Below are positions 29,523 through 40,654 of a stretch of 64,000 nucleotides of DNA, piece after piece. Source of the DNA: a virus. Each line of letters begins with the position of its first letter. Within the stretch, counting starts at the first letter, position 1. The stretch covers positions 52,708-116,707 of the IMG/VR virus record IMGVR_UViG_3300033571_024432; one strand, written 5' to 3'. The position numbers were made by a program, and so were the translations under genes. The notes beneath the pieces were generated by a model, which saw nothing but the letters and a program-made list of their open reading frames with translations, was not told the DNA's origin and did no database searches.

Positions 29523-32500
29523 ATGTTAAATAAAAAAATAATAAATTTCTTAATAGAATCTATAAACGATGATGATGATGATTTCGAAATTAATAAAGAA
29601 GAATTAGGGAAATATAGAAGTGAAATTTCATTAGTAGGTAAATCAAAATTTCTTAAATTAAAAAAACACAAAAAAAAATATTATAAAAGTGGATTATTTA
29701 CGAAAGATTTCCAAGATGCTTTAAAAGACGCGGCAGATAGAGCACAGGAAAGTACTGAACGTGGTCAAATGTCAGATGAAGAATTTGAATTACATAAGAA
29801 GTCTTTAGCTAAAGATGTATCAAAGGCACAATTAGAAATTGAAAATAATAAATTATTTTATTATATAGCATGGTTAAAAGGTAATTATTTTTGGAAAAAT
29901 TTATATATTAAATATTTAGATGCATGTGTAAAAAATTCTCAATCATATGAAAGAAATAAAAAATTTGATAAAAATAAAAGAGCGCTTGCAGACAAAGATG
30001 ATGAAGAAAATCCAACAGGTAAAGTTTTAGATTGGACTGCATCTGACTATATTGATTATGCTGTTCCTAGAAAAACAGAAGAATCTGTTAAAGAATGGAA
30101 TAGCTTTCAAGCTGCTTTTATAAAAGAATTAATAACTTTATTATATAAAGATGTTTCACAAGCTGATTATGATAGAATGTTAAATTTTAAAAATATTAAA
30201 TCAACAAACGATTCTTTTAAAGAAAAAACTTTTTCAAATTGGGTAATGAAAGATAATACAGCTATTGAGGATTATTATCTTGAAAAAAATAAAGATAAAA
30301 ACTTAATGGATTATAATTTTGAGGCTGCTAATAAATTATTAGCAGATATGTCTGGTATTGATATATCAACAGGTGAATTTGATTCAAAAAATATTACTAG
30401 CGAAGATTTGGATGAAATAAAAGAATCATTTATTAATAATCCTTATGATCAAATAGAATTTGAAATAAAAAAAGAAAATGAAAGACAATCTGATTTTGAA
30501 AATGAAACAAATGAATATAATGAATTAATGTCTACAAATAATAGATTATCTAATAATGAAGATGATAATTTATCGTATGATGATCAAGTGGCATTTAAGC
30601 AAAACAAAATGGATTCAGATTTTTATGATTTATCATTTAATAATAATCAAAATAAATTATCAATTGAAGAAAAAATTAAAAATTTTAATAAAAACAAGGA
30701 AAGAGAATTAAAAAATTTAATCGATAATATTAGATATCCATCAAATATTCAAGGTTCAAGAAAAGATGAATTTTTAAATAATAGAATAAAAGCTTTTGAA
30801 CAAAAGAAAGAAATAGAATATCAACAATTAATAAATTCAGAAAATGATATTAATGTAAGAATAGACAATTTTAATAAAAAGCAAGACGCTGATTTACAAA
30901 GAATAATTGCTGATTTAAATGATACATTTTCAAATGAAACTGAAGAATTTCGTGAAAAAATAGTCGCTGATGAAATTAAAAATTTTGAAAAAGAAAAAGA
31001 AAGAAAATTTAAAGCATTATTCTCTTCAAAATTATTGTCAGATGAAGAAAATATGAAAATGCGTGCAGAAGATTTTGAACAATCAAATGAAATGTTAGAT
31101 AAAATAAAAAATGGAGATGATTCAAATGTATATATTAGCGATTCAGAAAAGGTAATTGAATATATTGCTGCATATAATGAATTAGACAAAATGATAAATA
31201 GCGAGCAATTTTTACCTGAAAATTTAAATAAATACGCTTCTGAATTTGAAAATATTAATAATAATGAATTTGAAGAAATAGAAGATATTCAAGATGAAAA
31301 TAATGAAAAAATTTCTTCAAGGGAAATAATAAATAATGTTTTATCTAGAAAAGATAATCCAAAAAATATTGATAGATTGGAAGATATTTTTTATATATAT
31401 GCTTTATTAAAAGCTGATATTGCAATGATTACAGAACGTTTATCTAAACAAAAAAATGTTAAATATAAATATGGTGATATTACTAAAAAAATGGATGCTG
31501 CGTTAAAAGAGGTAGTAACGCAAGTATATAAAATGATTAATAATATACAATCATCTAATCCTATTGCAACAAATAAACTGGCAATGATTGCAAGAAATAT
31601 AGATCAATATAGAAATAAATTAAACAATCCTAAAAAAGATAAATTTTGGACTTTACCAGTAATGGTTACTGCAGCGGGAGGTTTATATGCAATTGATACA
31701 ACTGGAAAAAATATAGCAACATCTGGTTTACAAAGATCAATGGCTGAAATGCTTATGCAAGCAACATGGGCACAATCAATGTTAAAACAGAACAAAATAG
31801 CAGAATTACGTATTATATCAATGCAATCATGGTTAGATGATCTTGATTTAAATTATAATTTATCTTTGGGTTATGAAGAAAAATATAAAGAAGGTATAAC
31901 ATTACAAGAAAAATTAAAACAATTAGTCTCTCAATTAAGTGATTCTGAAAAAAAGAAAATTAAACCAAGAACGCAAGATGTCGTAAGAAAAGAATATAAA
32001 AAAATTGCTGTTGATAATTTAAATATAGATCCTTTATATACTAAATTAACAGATAAATATTATGAATATGAAGAAAAAATTGAAGATTTAATTGAAGAGA
32101 TGGATATCATGGGTGGTTCTGAATTAACCAGTATTCGTGAATTAAAAATACAATTAAATTATTTTACAGAAAAATATGAAAAAACAAAGCAACAAATGTC
32201 TAAAATTGAATATCAATTTGAAAGATTAGCAAAGAATGAATATTTTTCTGAACGTGAAGAAAAGAAAAAACAAATGTCTGATGAAATAATTAATCAGATT
32301 GAAAAAATACAAGATGAAATTTATGAATTAGATTCATGGAATAAAAAATCATATATAAAAGCTGGTACAGTTAAAGGTGTTAAACAATATGATAAAAAAG
32401 ACTTTGATAGTTTTATAGATAATGATATTAGAAAAGATAAAACATTAACACCTGAATATATTTTAAATCAAGCAAAGGTAGCAGATTATAATCCAACAGA

Positions 32501-33332
32501 TAAACGTCTTGAGATAAATAAAAATATGAAATCTGCGATTGAAAAATATTATAATTATCCTGATATGACTGATCAATCTGAATTAGGTGAAACATTGAGA
32601 GATATGTATTTAGATTCTATGAGGAAATCATTTGTAGGTAAAGATATAGACGTTTTTTATATTGAAAAATTAATGAATGATAATAAAAGCCCATTTTCAA
32701 ATTATCATAGAATATTAGTTAGTAAATTTTTTGATTCAGAAAAATCAGAATCATATTATACATCTGTAAATGATGCGATTATAGATTATTTAAATCAAAA
32801 TTATGGGCAAATAAATGTTGTTAGAAATAGATCAGATGAATTGTTAGTAAAATATATTAAAGAATACACATTTGGATATTCAAATTCAGAATATGATTAT
32901 TCTCTTAAAAAAACCTATATTAAACAAAATCAAAAACAATTTGTAGCTGATCTTGAAAAATATTGGACAGATAAAGGTTTTTGTAATACATTGTCTCAAT
33001 GTCAAATTGATGGTTTTTATAAATATCCACATATAAGAAAAGCATTTTGGAATGAATTGGTAAAAAGCGCTACAACTCTTTCATTTCAAAAAGAAACTGG
33101 CGAAAGAAGACCTGGCGGACAAATAGCAGCTGCTTTTTTAAAAAATATTTATGATCCAAATGTAACACAAAAATATGAAGAATTTGTAAATTCTTTATCA
33201 AAATCTGTTAGACAATCTGCGTTTAATCAATCTTTAAATGCAACTAATTTTTATTCAAGATTTAATAAAAAAGATGAACATATAATTATTGAACCTGAAA
33301 GTTATTTTAAGAGTAAAGAATTAAAAAAATAG
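29523..33332 (+). CDS. Large helical hypothetical protein (1269 aa)
   Basis: Long ORF; leader IINFLIE; internal diverged repeat IKNFNKNKERE / IDNFNKKQDAD / IKNFEKEKERK. Confidence 0.85.
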   Translation: MLNKKIINFLIESINDDDDDFEINKEELGKYRSEISLVGKSKFLKLKKHKKKYYKSGLFTKDFQDALKDAADRAQESTERGQMSDEEFELHKKSLAKDVSKAQLEIENNKLFYYIAWLKGNYFWKNLYIKYLDACVKNSQSYERNKKFDKNKRALADKDDEENPTGKVLDWTASDYIDYAVPRKTEESVKEWNSFQAAFIKELITLLYKDVSQADYDRMLNFKNIKSTNDSFKEKTFSNWVMKDNTAIEDYYLEKNKDKNLMDYNFEAANKLLADMSGIDISTGEFDSKNITSEDLDEIKESFINNPYDQIEFEIKKENERQSDFENETNEYNELMSTNNRLSNNEDDNLSYDDQVAFKQNKMDSDFYDLSFNNNQNKLSIEEKIKNFNKNKERELKNLIDNIRYPSNIQGSRKDEFLNNRIKAFEQKKEIEYQQLINSENDINVRIDNFNKKQDADLQRIIADLNDTFSNETEEFREKIVADEIKNFEKEKERKFKALFSSKLLSDEENMKMRAEDFEQSNEMLDKIKNGDDSNVYISDSEKVIEYIAAYNELDKMINSEQFLPENLNKYASEFENINNNEFEEIEDIQDENNEKISSREIINNVLSRKDNPKNIDRLEDIFYIYALLKADIAMITERLSKQKNVKYKYGDITKKMDAALKEVVTQVYKMINNIQSSNPIATNKLAMIARNIDQYRNKLNNPKKDKFWTLPVMVTAAGGLYAIDTTGKNIATSGLQRSMAEMLMQATWAQSMLKQNKIAELRIISMQSWLDDLDLNYNLSLGYEEKYKEGITLQEKLKQLVSQLSDSEKKKIKPRTQDVVRKEYKKIAVDNLNIDPLYTKLTDKYYEYEEKIEDLIEEMDIMGGSELTSIRELKIQLNYFTEKYEKTKQQMSKIEYQFERLAKNEYFSEREEKKKQMSDEIINQIEKIQDEIYELDSWNKKSYIKAGTVKGVKQYDKKDFDSFIDNDIRKDKTLTPEYILNQAKVADYNPTDKRLEINKNMKSAIEKYYNYPDMTDQSELGETLRDMYLDSMRKSFVGKDIDVFYIEKLMNDNKSPFSNYHRILVSKFFDSEKSESYYTSVNDAIIDYLNQNYGQINVVRNRSDELLVKYIKEYTFGYSNSEYDYSLKKTYIKQNQKQFVADLEKYWTDKGFCNTLSQCQIDGFYKYPHIRKAFWNELVKSATTLSFQKETGERRPGGQIAAAFLKNIYDPNVTQKYEEFVNSLSKSVRQSAFNQSLNATNFYSRFNKKDEHIIIEPESYFKSKELKK

Positions 33333-33380
33333 ATATTTATATATAATAAAATATGTTTTATATAATATTATGGAAAATAA

Positions 33381-33764
33381 ATGAATATATCTAATTTAAT
33401 GAAAAATTATTTTAATGAAGAAAATCAATATATGATAAATGAGAATTTAAATACAAAAAATAAATCAATACCTATCGTTGTTTCTAAATCAAAATGGAAT
33501 ATAGAAAGTAATATTATGTCAAGAATATACGAATTTTCTGAAAAGGATCATTCAGTTTATTTTATGCAACAAATAATGCAATATATTTCAAACTCTGAAC
33601 ATAATATAGAGGTTAGGTTTAAAAAGGAAAAATGTACAGTTATTATTAGGGCTTTAGCATCTTTTATAAATGAATATGAAATAGAAGCTTGTAAATATTT
33701 TGATAAAATTTATAATGATACTAATTACATAAAATTAAAATATGATTATGAGGATGAATTTTAA
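33381..33764 (+). CDS. Pterin-4a-carbinolamine dehydratase-like fold protein, degenerate
   Basis: W...MSRIYEF...F...I...SEHNIEV...CTVII...NEYEIE...FDKIY follows the PCD pattern; HHP motif reduced to EHN. Confidence 0.55.
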   Translation: MNISNLMKNYFNEENQYMINENLNTKNKSIPIVVSKSKWNIESNIMSRIYEFSEKDHSVYFMQQIMQYISNSEHNIEVRFKKEKCTVIIRALASFINEYEIEACKYFDKIYNDTNYIKLKYDYEDEF

Positions 33765-34148
33765 ATGAGTAATGATAAAAATATATTTTTAAGTCAAAAC
33801 TTAGTTGATTTAATAGATATCGATTATTTATATGAAGATGATAATAAAAGAAACGAAGAAGATAAATTAAATATAAATTTTGAGTTTGAAAATAGTGATA
33901 TATCTATTAGAAAAGGCAAAATACAAAAATTAATTAAAAAATCAAATGAACAAAATTATAAAATTTCATTGGATTTAAATAAAAATGAAGCACAATATTT
34001 TTTTATTAATGACGAAATAAAAAAGATTGAACTAAATTTAGACTTTGAAAAAAGAGTATTTGAATCAGATAAATATTTAATTAAATATTGTATAATTTAT
34101 AGCAATGAAAATAATTACAATTTAAAAGTAATAATTAAAGGTATTTAA
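33765..34148 (+). CDS. Hypothetical protein
   Basis: 127 aa, abuts previous stop. Confidence 0.65.
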   Translation: MSNDKNIFLSQNLVDLIDIDYLYEDDNKRNEEDKLNINFEFENSDISIRKGKIQKLIKKSNEQNYKISLDLNKNEAQYFFINDEIKKIELNLDFEKRVFESDKYLIKYCIIYSNENNYNLKVIIKGI

Positions 34149-34149
34149 A

Positions 34150-34323
34150 ATGAGCAATCAATTCGATAAATTTATGACAGATATGTTATATAATCAAAAA
34201 AGAAATAAAAATTGGCAAATGCCTATTTTAGATCAACAAGGTACTCATGAAGAATACATGAAAAGATTAAGAATGTATCGTGAAAGAGAACTTTGGCAGA
34301 ATAGAATAAATTGGAGTAAATAA
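34150..34323 (+). CDS. Small hypothetical protein (57 aa, missed by ORF track)
   Basis: MSNQFDKFMTDMLYNQK...WQNRINWSK fills the gap exactly between coupled genes; AAAGGT RBS. Confidence 0.6.
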   Translation: MSNQFDKFMTDMLYNQKRNKNWQMPILDQQGTHEEYMKRLRMYRERELWQNRINWSK

Positions 34324-34324
34324 C

Positions 34325-35083
34325 ATGAATATATCAAAATTTATTTCATTATTAGAAAGATCAATTAAAGAGGGTGATGTAACAGCTAATGAAAAAAAAC
34401 AACAACAATCAATTGATTTAGAAATATCTCCAAGTTTAAAAGCACCTAAAAAACAAAATAAAAACCAAGATAATAATAAAAAAAACGATAAAAATCAAAA
34501 TAAAAAAAATAATAATCAATTAGATGATGAAGAAGTTTCTGAGGATCAAGATTCTCCATATGACGCATTTGAAAAATCTGTAAAGAAAAATGATTCACAA
34601 GACGAAGATTATGAAGAATTAGATGATACAGAAGATATTGATGAAGATGATGAAGAAAAAAGAGAAAAAAAAGAAAGATCAGGATTTAAATTATCAAATG
34701 CAAAACAATACACTTATTTTAAAGATTTAGTAAATAAATTCAGAGCAGCTGAAAGTATTAATAAAAGTAATGCAGCTGAAAAATTTTATAATAAATTAAC
34801 ATTAGGCGAAAAGCAAACAATTTGTTTATTTTTTGATTCAATGACAAAAGTTTTAAATGCAAATACAGATGCAGATTTTAAAATGCCTAAGACACCTTTA
34901 CAACATGGTATTAAAATAAAAGAAAAGGTTTCTTCTAACGAAGAACATATGAAAACAATTTCAGCTGCAGCTTCAGGTGACAAAAAAGCTGAAAAGAAAA
35001 TGTCTTCAATGGCTCCTATCACAGTAGGTGAATCAATAAAAAGATTTACATCAATAGATAATTTATTAAAAGAAGTAAAATAA
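34325..35083 (+). CDS. Acidic/low-complexity hypothetical protein with leader
   Basis: MNISKFISLLERSIKE; D/E-rich middle. Confidence 0.75.
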   Translation: MNISKFISLLERSIKEGDVTANEKKQQQSIDLEISPSLKAPKKQNKNQDNNKKNDKNQNKKNNNQLDDEEVSEDQDSPYDAFEKSVKKNDSQDEDYEELDDTEDIDEDDEEKREKKERSGFKLSNAKQYTYFKDLVNKFRAAESINKSNAAEKFYNKLTLGEKQTICLFFDSMTKVLNANTDADFKMPKTPLQHGIKIKEKVSSNEEHMKTISAAASGDKKAEKKMSSMAPITVGESIKRFTSIDNLLKEVK

Positions 35084-35084
35084 C

Positions 35085-35360
35085 ATGGAACCAGTACATT
35101 TATATGTTAATCAAATTTTATTAGAAAGCTTTCGAAAAAATATTGATCATGAACATTATATCAGTATTAATGGTGAAAGATTAAAATTTGGAAGTAAAAA
35201 ATGTATTCAAGATCTTGAATATAGAATTGGCGATGCTGTAAGGGTTAGAGATAGCTATCAAGCAAGAACAGACGGACGTGTATACTTCTCAGGTATTTTA
35301 AGAATACTACGTAGAGAACTACAAACTGCTAAAAAGATATACCAGAATTTACCAGTTTAA
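35085..35360 (+). CDS. Hypothetical protein
   Basis: 91 aa in tightly coupled operon. Confidence 0.7.
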   Translation: MEPVHLYVNQILLESFRKNIDHEHYISINGERLKFGSKKCIQDLEYRIGDAVRVRDSYQARTDGRVYFSGILRILRRELQTAKKIYQNLPV

Positions 35361-35432
35361 TTTTTATTTAAAATATATAAAATTATATATAAAAATAATT
35401 TCTAATCAATAGAGAAGATCCCAGGATAGTCT

Positions 35433-36038
35433 ATGAAGCATTTATACGCATGTAATATATTAAATCATCCATATATTAAAAACGAAGAAGATGTCAAAAA
35501 ATTAATACATATTTTAAACACAACTGATTCTTGGGAAATAAATGAAGGAGAATCGTATATTATAAGAAGAACTCTTTCAGGATCATGGGTATGGGATAAA
35601 ATGACAAGAAATCCAATAGATATTGGCGGAAGATTATACGAAAATAAATGGACAGAACTTTTTAATAATAATAAAATGAATCAAGATTTTTATGGTGTAG
35701 GAAGAAATCCAAATAAAGGGTTTTTAATGATAAATGATACTTTATGGGGAATAGTAACATTTGATGTTAATATTAAAGGAAGAAATTTAAAAAGATTAAA
35801 TATACCAAATGAAATATTAAATAATATTTGTGATGAAATAGGCTTCAATAAAAAAACAAAACACCAATCAACCAACCCAATCTACTACGTGGACAAAGAT
35901 GATTTTAAAACAAATTTATCAAATATTCAAAATTACTTTGATAAATTAATTGTTAATTTAAGTGATGAATTTAAAATTCCTATTTATATTTCAAAATATA
36001 AAAAAGAAAATGATCAAATAATAATGGAAGAAAATTAA
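35433..36038 (+). CDS. Hypothetical protein
   Basis: 201 aa, AGGA RBS. Confidence 0.7.
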   Translation: MKHLYACNILNHPYIKNEEDVKKLIHILNTTDSWEINEGESYIIRRTLSGSWVWDKMTRNPIDIGGRLYENKWTELFNNNKMNQDFYGVGRNPNKGFLMINDTLWGIVTFDVNIKGRNLKRLNIPNEILNNICDEIGFNKKTKHQSTNPIYYVDKDDFKTNLSNIQNYFDKLIVNLSDEFKIPIYISKYKKENDQIIMEEN

Positions 36039-36039
36039 T

Positions 36040-38526
36040 ATGCATAATCAATATAAATTAATTATAAAAAATAATATGAAAATATTGAAGGAAGATGCCT
36101 CACAATATTCTGTTGGAGATTTAAAAGCATTTGTTACAGATATTTATCAAATTGTTTCGAAAACTACAGAAGCAACAATTAGAAATTTTAGTGCTCAATT
36201 AGAATATGTCATATTAGCAACAAAAATTATTGGTTTTGCAGATATGAAAGCATTAAATGAAGACTTTGAAGAAAAATTAAAAAAATCTGCAGAATTATAT
36301 GATGCAGCAATTCCTGATAAAATTAAGGATGATGTTGATACTTTATTAAAATTTTCAAATCCAGGTGCATTTATGTTACAAAAAGCAACTAGCGCATTAT
36401 CTGAAAAAGATGGTATATTATCAGCAACACCTTTTTATAAATTTGCTAAAAGTTTAATATCAGGTGATTTTTTTAAAACAAGTGTTGAAAATTGGGGTAA
36501 AGAAGGATTATTTGGTTTACAATTTAATAATATTATTTGGTATAATGGTTTTGTGAGAAAAGAATTATTATATGATAATGTAAAATATTTACAAAAATAT
36601 ATTGACAGAGGAGGTTTAACAGGCACTTCTTTACAAATAACAGATATGAATGATTTAAGAACAAAAATGCCACTTATTTGGTATGGTATTAAATCTGCAG
36701 ATGTTTATGAAATATATAACAGAGGAACATTTACTTTTTATGATTTTTGTAAAAATTCTAATGATACAATGTTAACATATTTAGGCCGAGAAATGCAACA
36801 TAGATCAAATCCAGAACCTGAACAAGGTACTCCTGAATGGGATGTTTGGGATAGACAACAAACAGCATTAAAAAAAGATCAAGAAATCATTTTAAATGAT
36901 TTTATGACAAGATGTAATCAAAATTTATCACATTTAAATAATACTATACCTGATGCATATCGTTTAATTATGGATGAAGAATTTGAAGTATCTGACGCAT
37001 TTATGATGGTATTAGGAGCTACAAATGTTGTTGATGATATTGTTGAAGATACAACATTTATACCTTCTGCTATTTCAAATTTTGCTACAGCATCAACTAG
37101 CCCTTTTGTCACAATTGGTAGTTGGTTAGGTATAAATCCGCCTGCTGAACCTGGACAAATAAATGGATTTATACAACAAGTATTAAATATACTTGATAAT
37201 GCTTTTATAATTAATGAATCAAATGTAGCTAAATCTAAATTAATATTAAGAGGAAATAAAAAAATATTATTAGAAAATGATATGCAAGAAAAATCTAATA
37301 ATAAAAAAAAGCCAATACAATTTTTAGATGAACAAAATGAAATGATTAATGAATTAATACCTGATTCTGATAAAAGTAAAAAGTTAAAAGATTGGAAAGA
37401 ATTTATATTAAGAGTAAAAGCTATTAAACCAGGTGAAAATAAAAATAAAAAAAATAAGTTAATTCTAGAAATGATGGAATATTCTTTACAATTTTTTGAT
37501 CAGGTATTTGATGAGTTAAAAGGAAAATTAAAATTAATAGAAGATGAATCAAACGAGTATACTCAAAACTTTAATAATAAAATTGAAAAAAAATTTGGAT
37601 TTGAAATGACGCCAAAGGGTTTTGCGACAAAACAAAATTTTGATTTTGAATTAATTTGTGAAAATAGCAGATTAACAAGTATATCACATATCATGAATAT
37701 AGAAATAATTTTAGAAGAATTGAATATATTAAAAAATTTATTAATGAATATTGAAAAAAGTGAAAATAAAAATATTAATTTATTAATAAATGAATTTAAA
37801 AATAAATTGATGCAAAAAGAAAAAATTATTAATGATAATGCAACATTAAAAAAGTTTAATACGATACATTCACAAATTAAAAAAGAATTTGGAGAAAAAT
37901 CTAAAACTTTGGAAAATTTTGAAAATAATTTAAAAAAATCAAGAGAAAGTTTTAATAATTTAAAAAAGAAATCAATTCAATTTTGTGATAATATAATACA
38001 AATAGTACAAAAAAGATCAGAAATTCAAAATGAATCAGAAATTATTAATTTATTAAAAAGTATTATTAAAAACATCGAAGACAATTCAAAGTCAATGAAT
38101 GAAAAATTATATTCTAAGTTATTACCAGATTTAGAAAAAAATAAAAATTATTTCGAAAAAGATTTAAAAAAAATGAAAAATGATTTAAATCAAAAATTTG
38201 GAAAAATTTGTGAAAAAATAAATCTTGAATCTTTTGATAAAATATACAATGAAAATATACAGAAATTTTATTATGCATATAATGAATGTATAAAAATATT
38301 GAAAAAAATTGATTCTAAAAATATATTGAAAGATATATTACAAAATTTAAATAAAAAAATATCTAATCACGATATTAATTTAGATAAAAACGAAAAAGAT
38401 CAATTAATAAATCAAAAAGATATAAACAATAAAGATGATGTTAAAGACAATGATGAAGCTGTTTTATCGATATCAAATGATGAAAAGTCTTTAACACCAA
38501 TTAAAGTAAAAAATAAAGAAGAATAA
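36040..38526 (+). CDS. Large hypothetical protein, coiled-coil C-half
   Basis: 828 aa; ILKE and ILLE motifs begin each half. Confidence 0.8.
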   Translation: MHNQYKLIIKNNMKILKEDASQYSVGDLKAFVTDIYQIVSKTTEATIRNFSAQLEYVILATKIIGFADMKALNEDFEEKLKKSAELYDAAIPDKIKDDVDTLLKFSNPGAFMLQKATSALSEKDGILSATPFYKFAKSLISGDFFKTSVENWGKEGLFGLQFNNIIWYNGFVRKELLYDNVKYLQKYIDRGGLTGTSLQITDMNDLRTKMPLIWYGIKSADVYEIYNRGTFTFYDFCKNSNDTMLTYLGREMQHRSNPEPEQGTPEWDVWDRQQTALKKDQEIILNDFMTRCNQNLSHLNNTIPDAYRLIMDEEFEVSDAFMMVLGATNVVDDIVEDTTFIPSAISNFATASTSPFVTIGSWLGINPPAEPGQINGFIQQVLNILDNAFIINESNVAKSKLILRGNKKILLENDMQEKSNNKKKPIQFLDEQNEMINELIPDSDKSKKLKDWKEFILRVKAIKPGENKNKKNKLILEMMEYSLQFFDQVFDELKGKLKLIEDESNEYTQNFNNKIEKKFGFEMTPKGFATKQNFDFELICENSRLTSISHIMNIEIILEELNILKNLLMNIEKSENKNINLLINEFKNKLMQKEKIINDNATLKKFNTIHSQIKKEFGEKSKTLENFENNLKKSRESFNNLKKKSIQFCDNIIQIVQKRSEIQNESEIINLLKSIIKNIEDNSKSMNEKLYSKLLPDLEKNKNYFEKDLKKMKNDLNQKFGKICEKINLESFDKIYNENIQKFYYAYNECIKILKKIDSKNILKDILQNLNKKISNHDINLDKNEKDQLINQKDINNKDDVKDNDEAVLSISNDEKSLTPIKVKNKEE

Positions 38527-38535
38527 GGTATTAAT

Positions 38536-38937
38536 ATGTCAAATACAAAATGGATTCCAAATATATATTATGAAGAAAATAAAGATGGTATTACTGGTGG
38601 ATTGCCATTTATAGACGTTCCATATGGACGTAGTATGCCAGGATGTTTATTTATTTGTGAGGCTAAGGATTATAAGGATTTATCCCAAGAAACAAAAGAT
38701 AACTTGGATTTAGAGCATCTTGAAAAAGAAATAGTTGTTCATTCTTACGCTAATATGACAATATTAAAACAAAAATTATCTCCTGAACTTTTTGATGATG
38801 TTAGACTTGCGATTGGTTTACAACCGTTACAAACTGCTTTATTAGAAGGCGCAAAAAAAACATACGAAATTCAAAAAAACATAGATCAAATGATAAATAA
38901 GATTAATGATAAAAACTCATTACAGAAAGAGGAATAA
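38536..38937 (+). CDS. Hypothetical protein
   Basis: 133 aa, AAGGT RBS. Confidence 0.75.
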   Translation: MSNTKWIPNIYYEENKDGITGGLPFIDVPYGRSMPGCLFICEAKDYKDLSQETKDNLDLEHLEKEIVVHSYANMTILKQKLSPELFDDVRLAIGLQPLQTALLEGAKKTYEIQKNIDQMINKINDKNSLQKEE

Positions 38938-39264
38938 ATGAGCAAGCAAAGAATTCAAAAATCACGTTTAATGGAACTTTCAGGTTTCAATAAAGGACGC
39001 GAACCCTTATTAATTACAGAATCAGGACCTGTATATGCATATGATCTAGCAGAAATGATTCAACAAGAAATTAGAAATGTTTTAAATGAAATGAAATTAA
39101 AAAATTTCCAAAGTGATATTATTACAGCACAAAATACAAAATCTGTATCAGCTGCAATGGGTTTTGTAGGACCAGGTTTTTCATCATATAATAATATTGC
39201 TGGAAATAGAATATTTAAAGGTGCTGGCGGAACAAGAAGTATGTTAGGGCCAGGCTTTAGATAA
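38938..39264 (+). CDS. Hypothetical Gly-rich protein
   Basis: 108 aa; RLMELSG motif; repeated GPGF. Confidence 0.7.
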   Translation: MSKQRIQKSRLMELSGFNKGREPLLITESGPVYAYDLAEMIQQEIRNVLNEMKLKNFQSDIITAQNTKSVSAAMGFVGPGFSSYNNIAGNRIFKGAGGTRSMLGPGFR

Positions 39265-39279
39265 AAATTAATTTTTATA

Positions 39280-39308
39280 TTGTATTTTTTTAATTTTTTT
39301 ATTATAAT
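39280..39308 (+). promoter_or_regulatory. Class B promoter (TTGTAT-N17-TATAAT)
   Basis: Exact spacing; upstream of 39339. Confidence 0.65.
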
Positions 39309-39338
39309 ATTTTTATTATATCTTTTAAAGAGGCTATT

Positions 39339-39767
39339 ATGTCATATTTATTTAAAGTTGGACAGTTTGCATATATTAATTATACAAAAAAACGATTAAT
39401 TATTCCTGTAAAAATAACTGAACAAATTATTAGAAAAACAGAAAATAATGAATTTGTTGATTGGAGTTTAATGGCTCCAGATTCAACACAATTATTATTT
39501 TCAGAATTATCAGACCCTATTTTTGCTTCATTAGATGAAGCAAAAGCTGATTTATTAAGAATAGCATCTGAAACTATTGAAAAAATGTGTGTTACATGTA
39601 TAGATATTCAAAATAAAACTTGGCCTAAAGTAGATGTTGAATTAAAAAATAATACACACGTGAATAATAATAAAAAGTTAGATAAAATTAAAGTAAAGTT
39701 ATCTGATGGTAGCTTAGCGAATGTATCAATTCCTGATTTACAAAATGTAAATGTCGAAGAAATGTAA
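39339..39767 (+). CDS. Hypothetical protein (SH3-like beta N-terminus)
   Basis: FKVGQFAYI...IIPVKITE; GAGG RBS. Confidence 0.65.
   Translation: MSYLFKVGQFAYINYTKKRLIIPVKITEQIIRKTENNEFVDWSLMAPDSTQLLFSELSDPIFASLDEAKADLLRIASETIEKMCVTCIDIQNKTWPKVDVELKNNTHVNNNKKLDKIKVKLSDGSLANVSIPDLQNVNVEEM
39653..39688 (+). promoter_or_regulatory. Class A promoter embedded in CDS (TACACAC-GTGAAT-N17-TAAAAT)
   Basis: Matches class A with exact spacer, about 90 bp upstream of exonuclease. Confidence 0.7.
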
Positions 39768-39776
39768 AGGCATAAT

Positions 39777-40589
39777 ATGAAAACACTAATATTAGATGGC
39801 TACAATTTATTTTATAGGGCAAGATTTTCAGGTGTTAAAGATAATGAAACAACAACTGTTTTTAATTTTTTTAGAGGTCTTAGACTGATAGTTGATACAT
39901 TAAATTGTGACAATATTTTTCTAGTATTAGAAGGTTATCCTAAAAAAAGATTTGAAGCATTTCCTGAATATAAAGCAAATAGAAATTATTTAGATAATTC
40001 TGATAAGTTTAAAGAGCAAAGAAGACAAATAATAGATATTTTACAAAATTATTTTCCGATACAAATTGTAAAACATGAGAATTATGAATGTGATGATATT
40101 ATTGCTTATTTGGCTAGAAAAGAAGAACAAGAAAATAATGATGTAATTGTAGTATCATCAGATACTGATTTTATTCAATTAATATCAGATAAAATTAAAT
40201 TATATAGTCCTATTAAAAAAGAATTTACTGAAAAAACTTTATATGATTATGTTACATTTAAGTCATTAAAAGGCGATTCTTCTGATAATATTGACGGGTT
40301 TAATGGGATTGGTCCTAAAAAGGCTGAGTTATTATCTTTAGATGAAAATAAATTACAATCTTTTCTAAATGAAAATAATAATTTAGAAAAATTTAATTAT
40401 AATGTTGAATTAATTAATTTTCATAAACTATCAGATGAAGATATTTCAACAATTAATTATTTTCAAAAACAAACAGAAAATAAATTTAATGAATTACGTA
40501 AACTATTTCAAGAATTACGTTTTTATTCTTTGACAAATGATACATCTTGGAATAAATTTTTAAAAACATTTGATAAATATTTTAAATAA
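39777..40589 (+). CDS. 5'-3' exonuclease / flap endonuclease (T4 RNase H, T5 FEN family)
   Basis: ILDGYNL, YKANR, ECDDII, SSDTDF, KGDSSDNIDG, GIGPKKA. Confidence 0.93.
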   Translation: MKTLILDGYNLFYRARFSGVKDNETTTVFNFFRGLRLIVDTLNCDNIFLVLEGYPKKRFEAFPEYKANRNYLDNSDKFKEQRRQIIDILQNYFPIQIVKHENYECDDIIAYLARKEEQENNDVIVVSSDTDFIQLISDKIKLYSPIKKEFTEKTLYDYVTFKSLKGDSSDNIDGFNGIGPKKAELLSLDENKLQSFLNENNNLEKFNYNVELINFHKLSDEDISTINYFQKQTENKFNELRKLFQELRFYSLTNDTSWNKFLKTFDKYFK

Positions 40590-40594
40590 AAAAA

Positions 40595-40623
40595 TTGTAA
40601 AAACTTTGTTTTTATATTATAAT
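40595..40623 (+). promoter_or_regulatory. Class B promoter (TTGTAA-N17-TATAAT)
   Basis: Exact spacing; upstream of the 40655-groEL operon. Confidence 0.7.
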
Positions 40624-40654
40624 AAATTATATCTTTTAATAATAAGGAAAAAAA

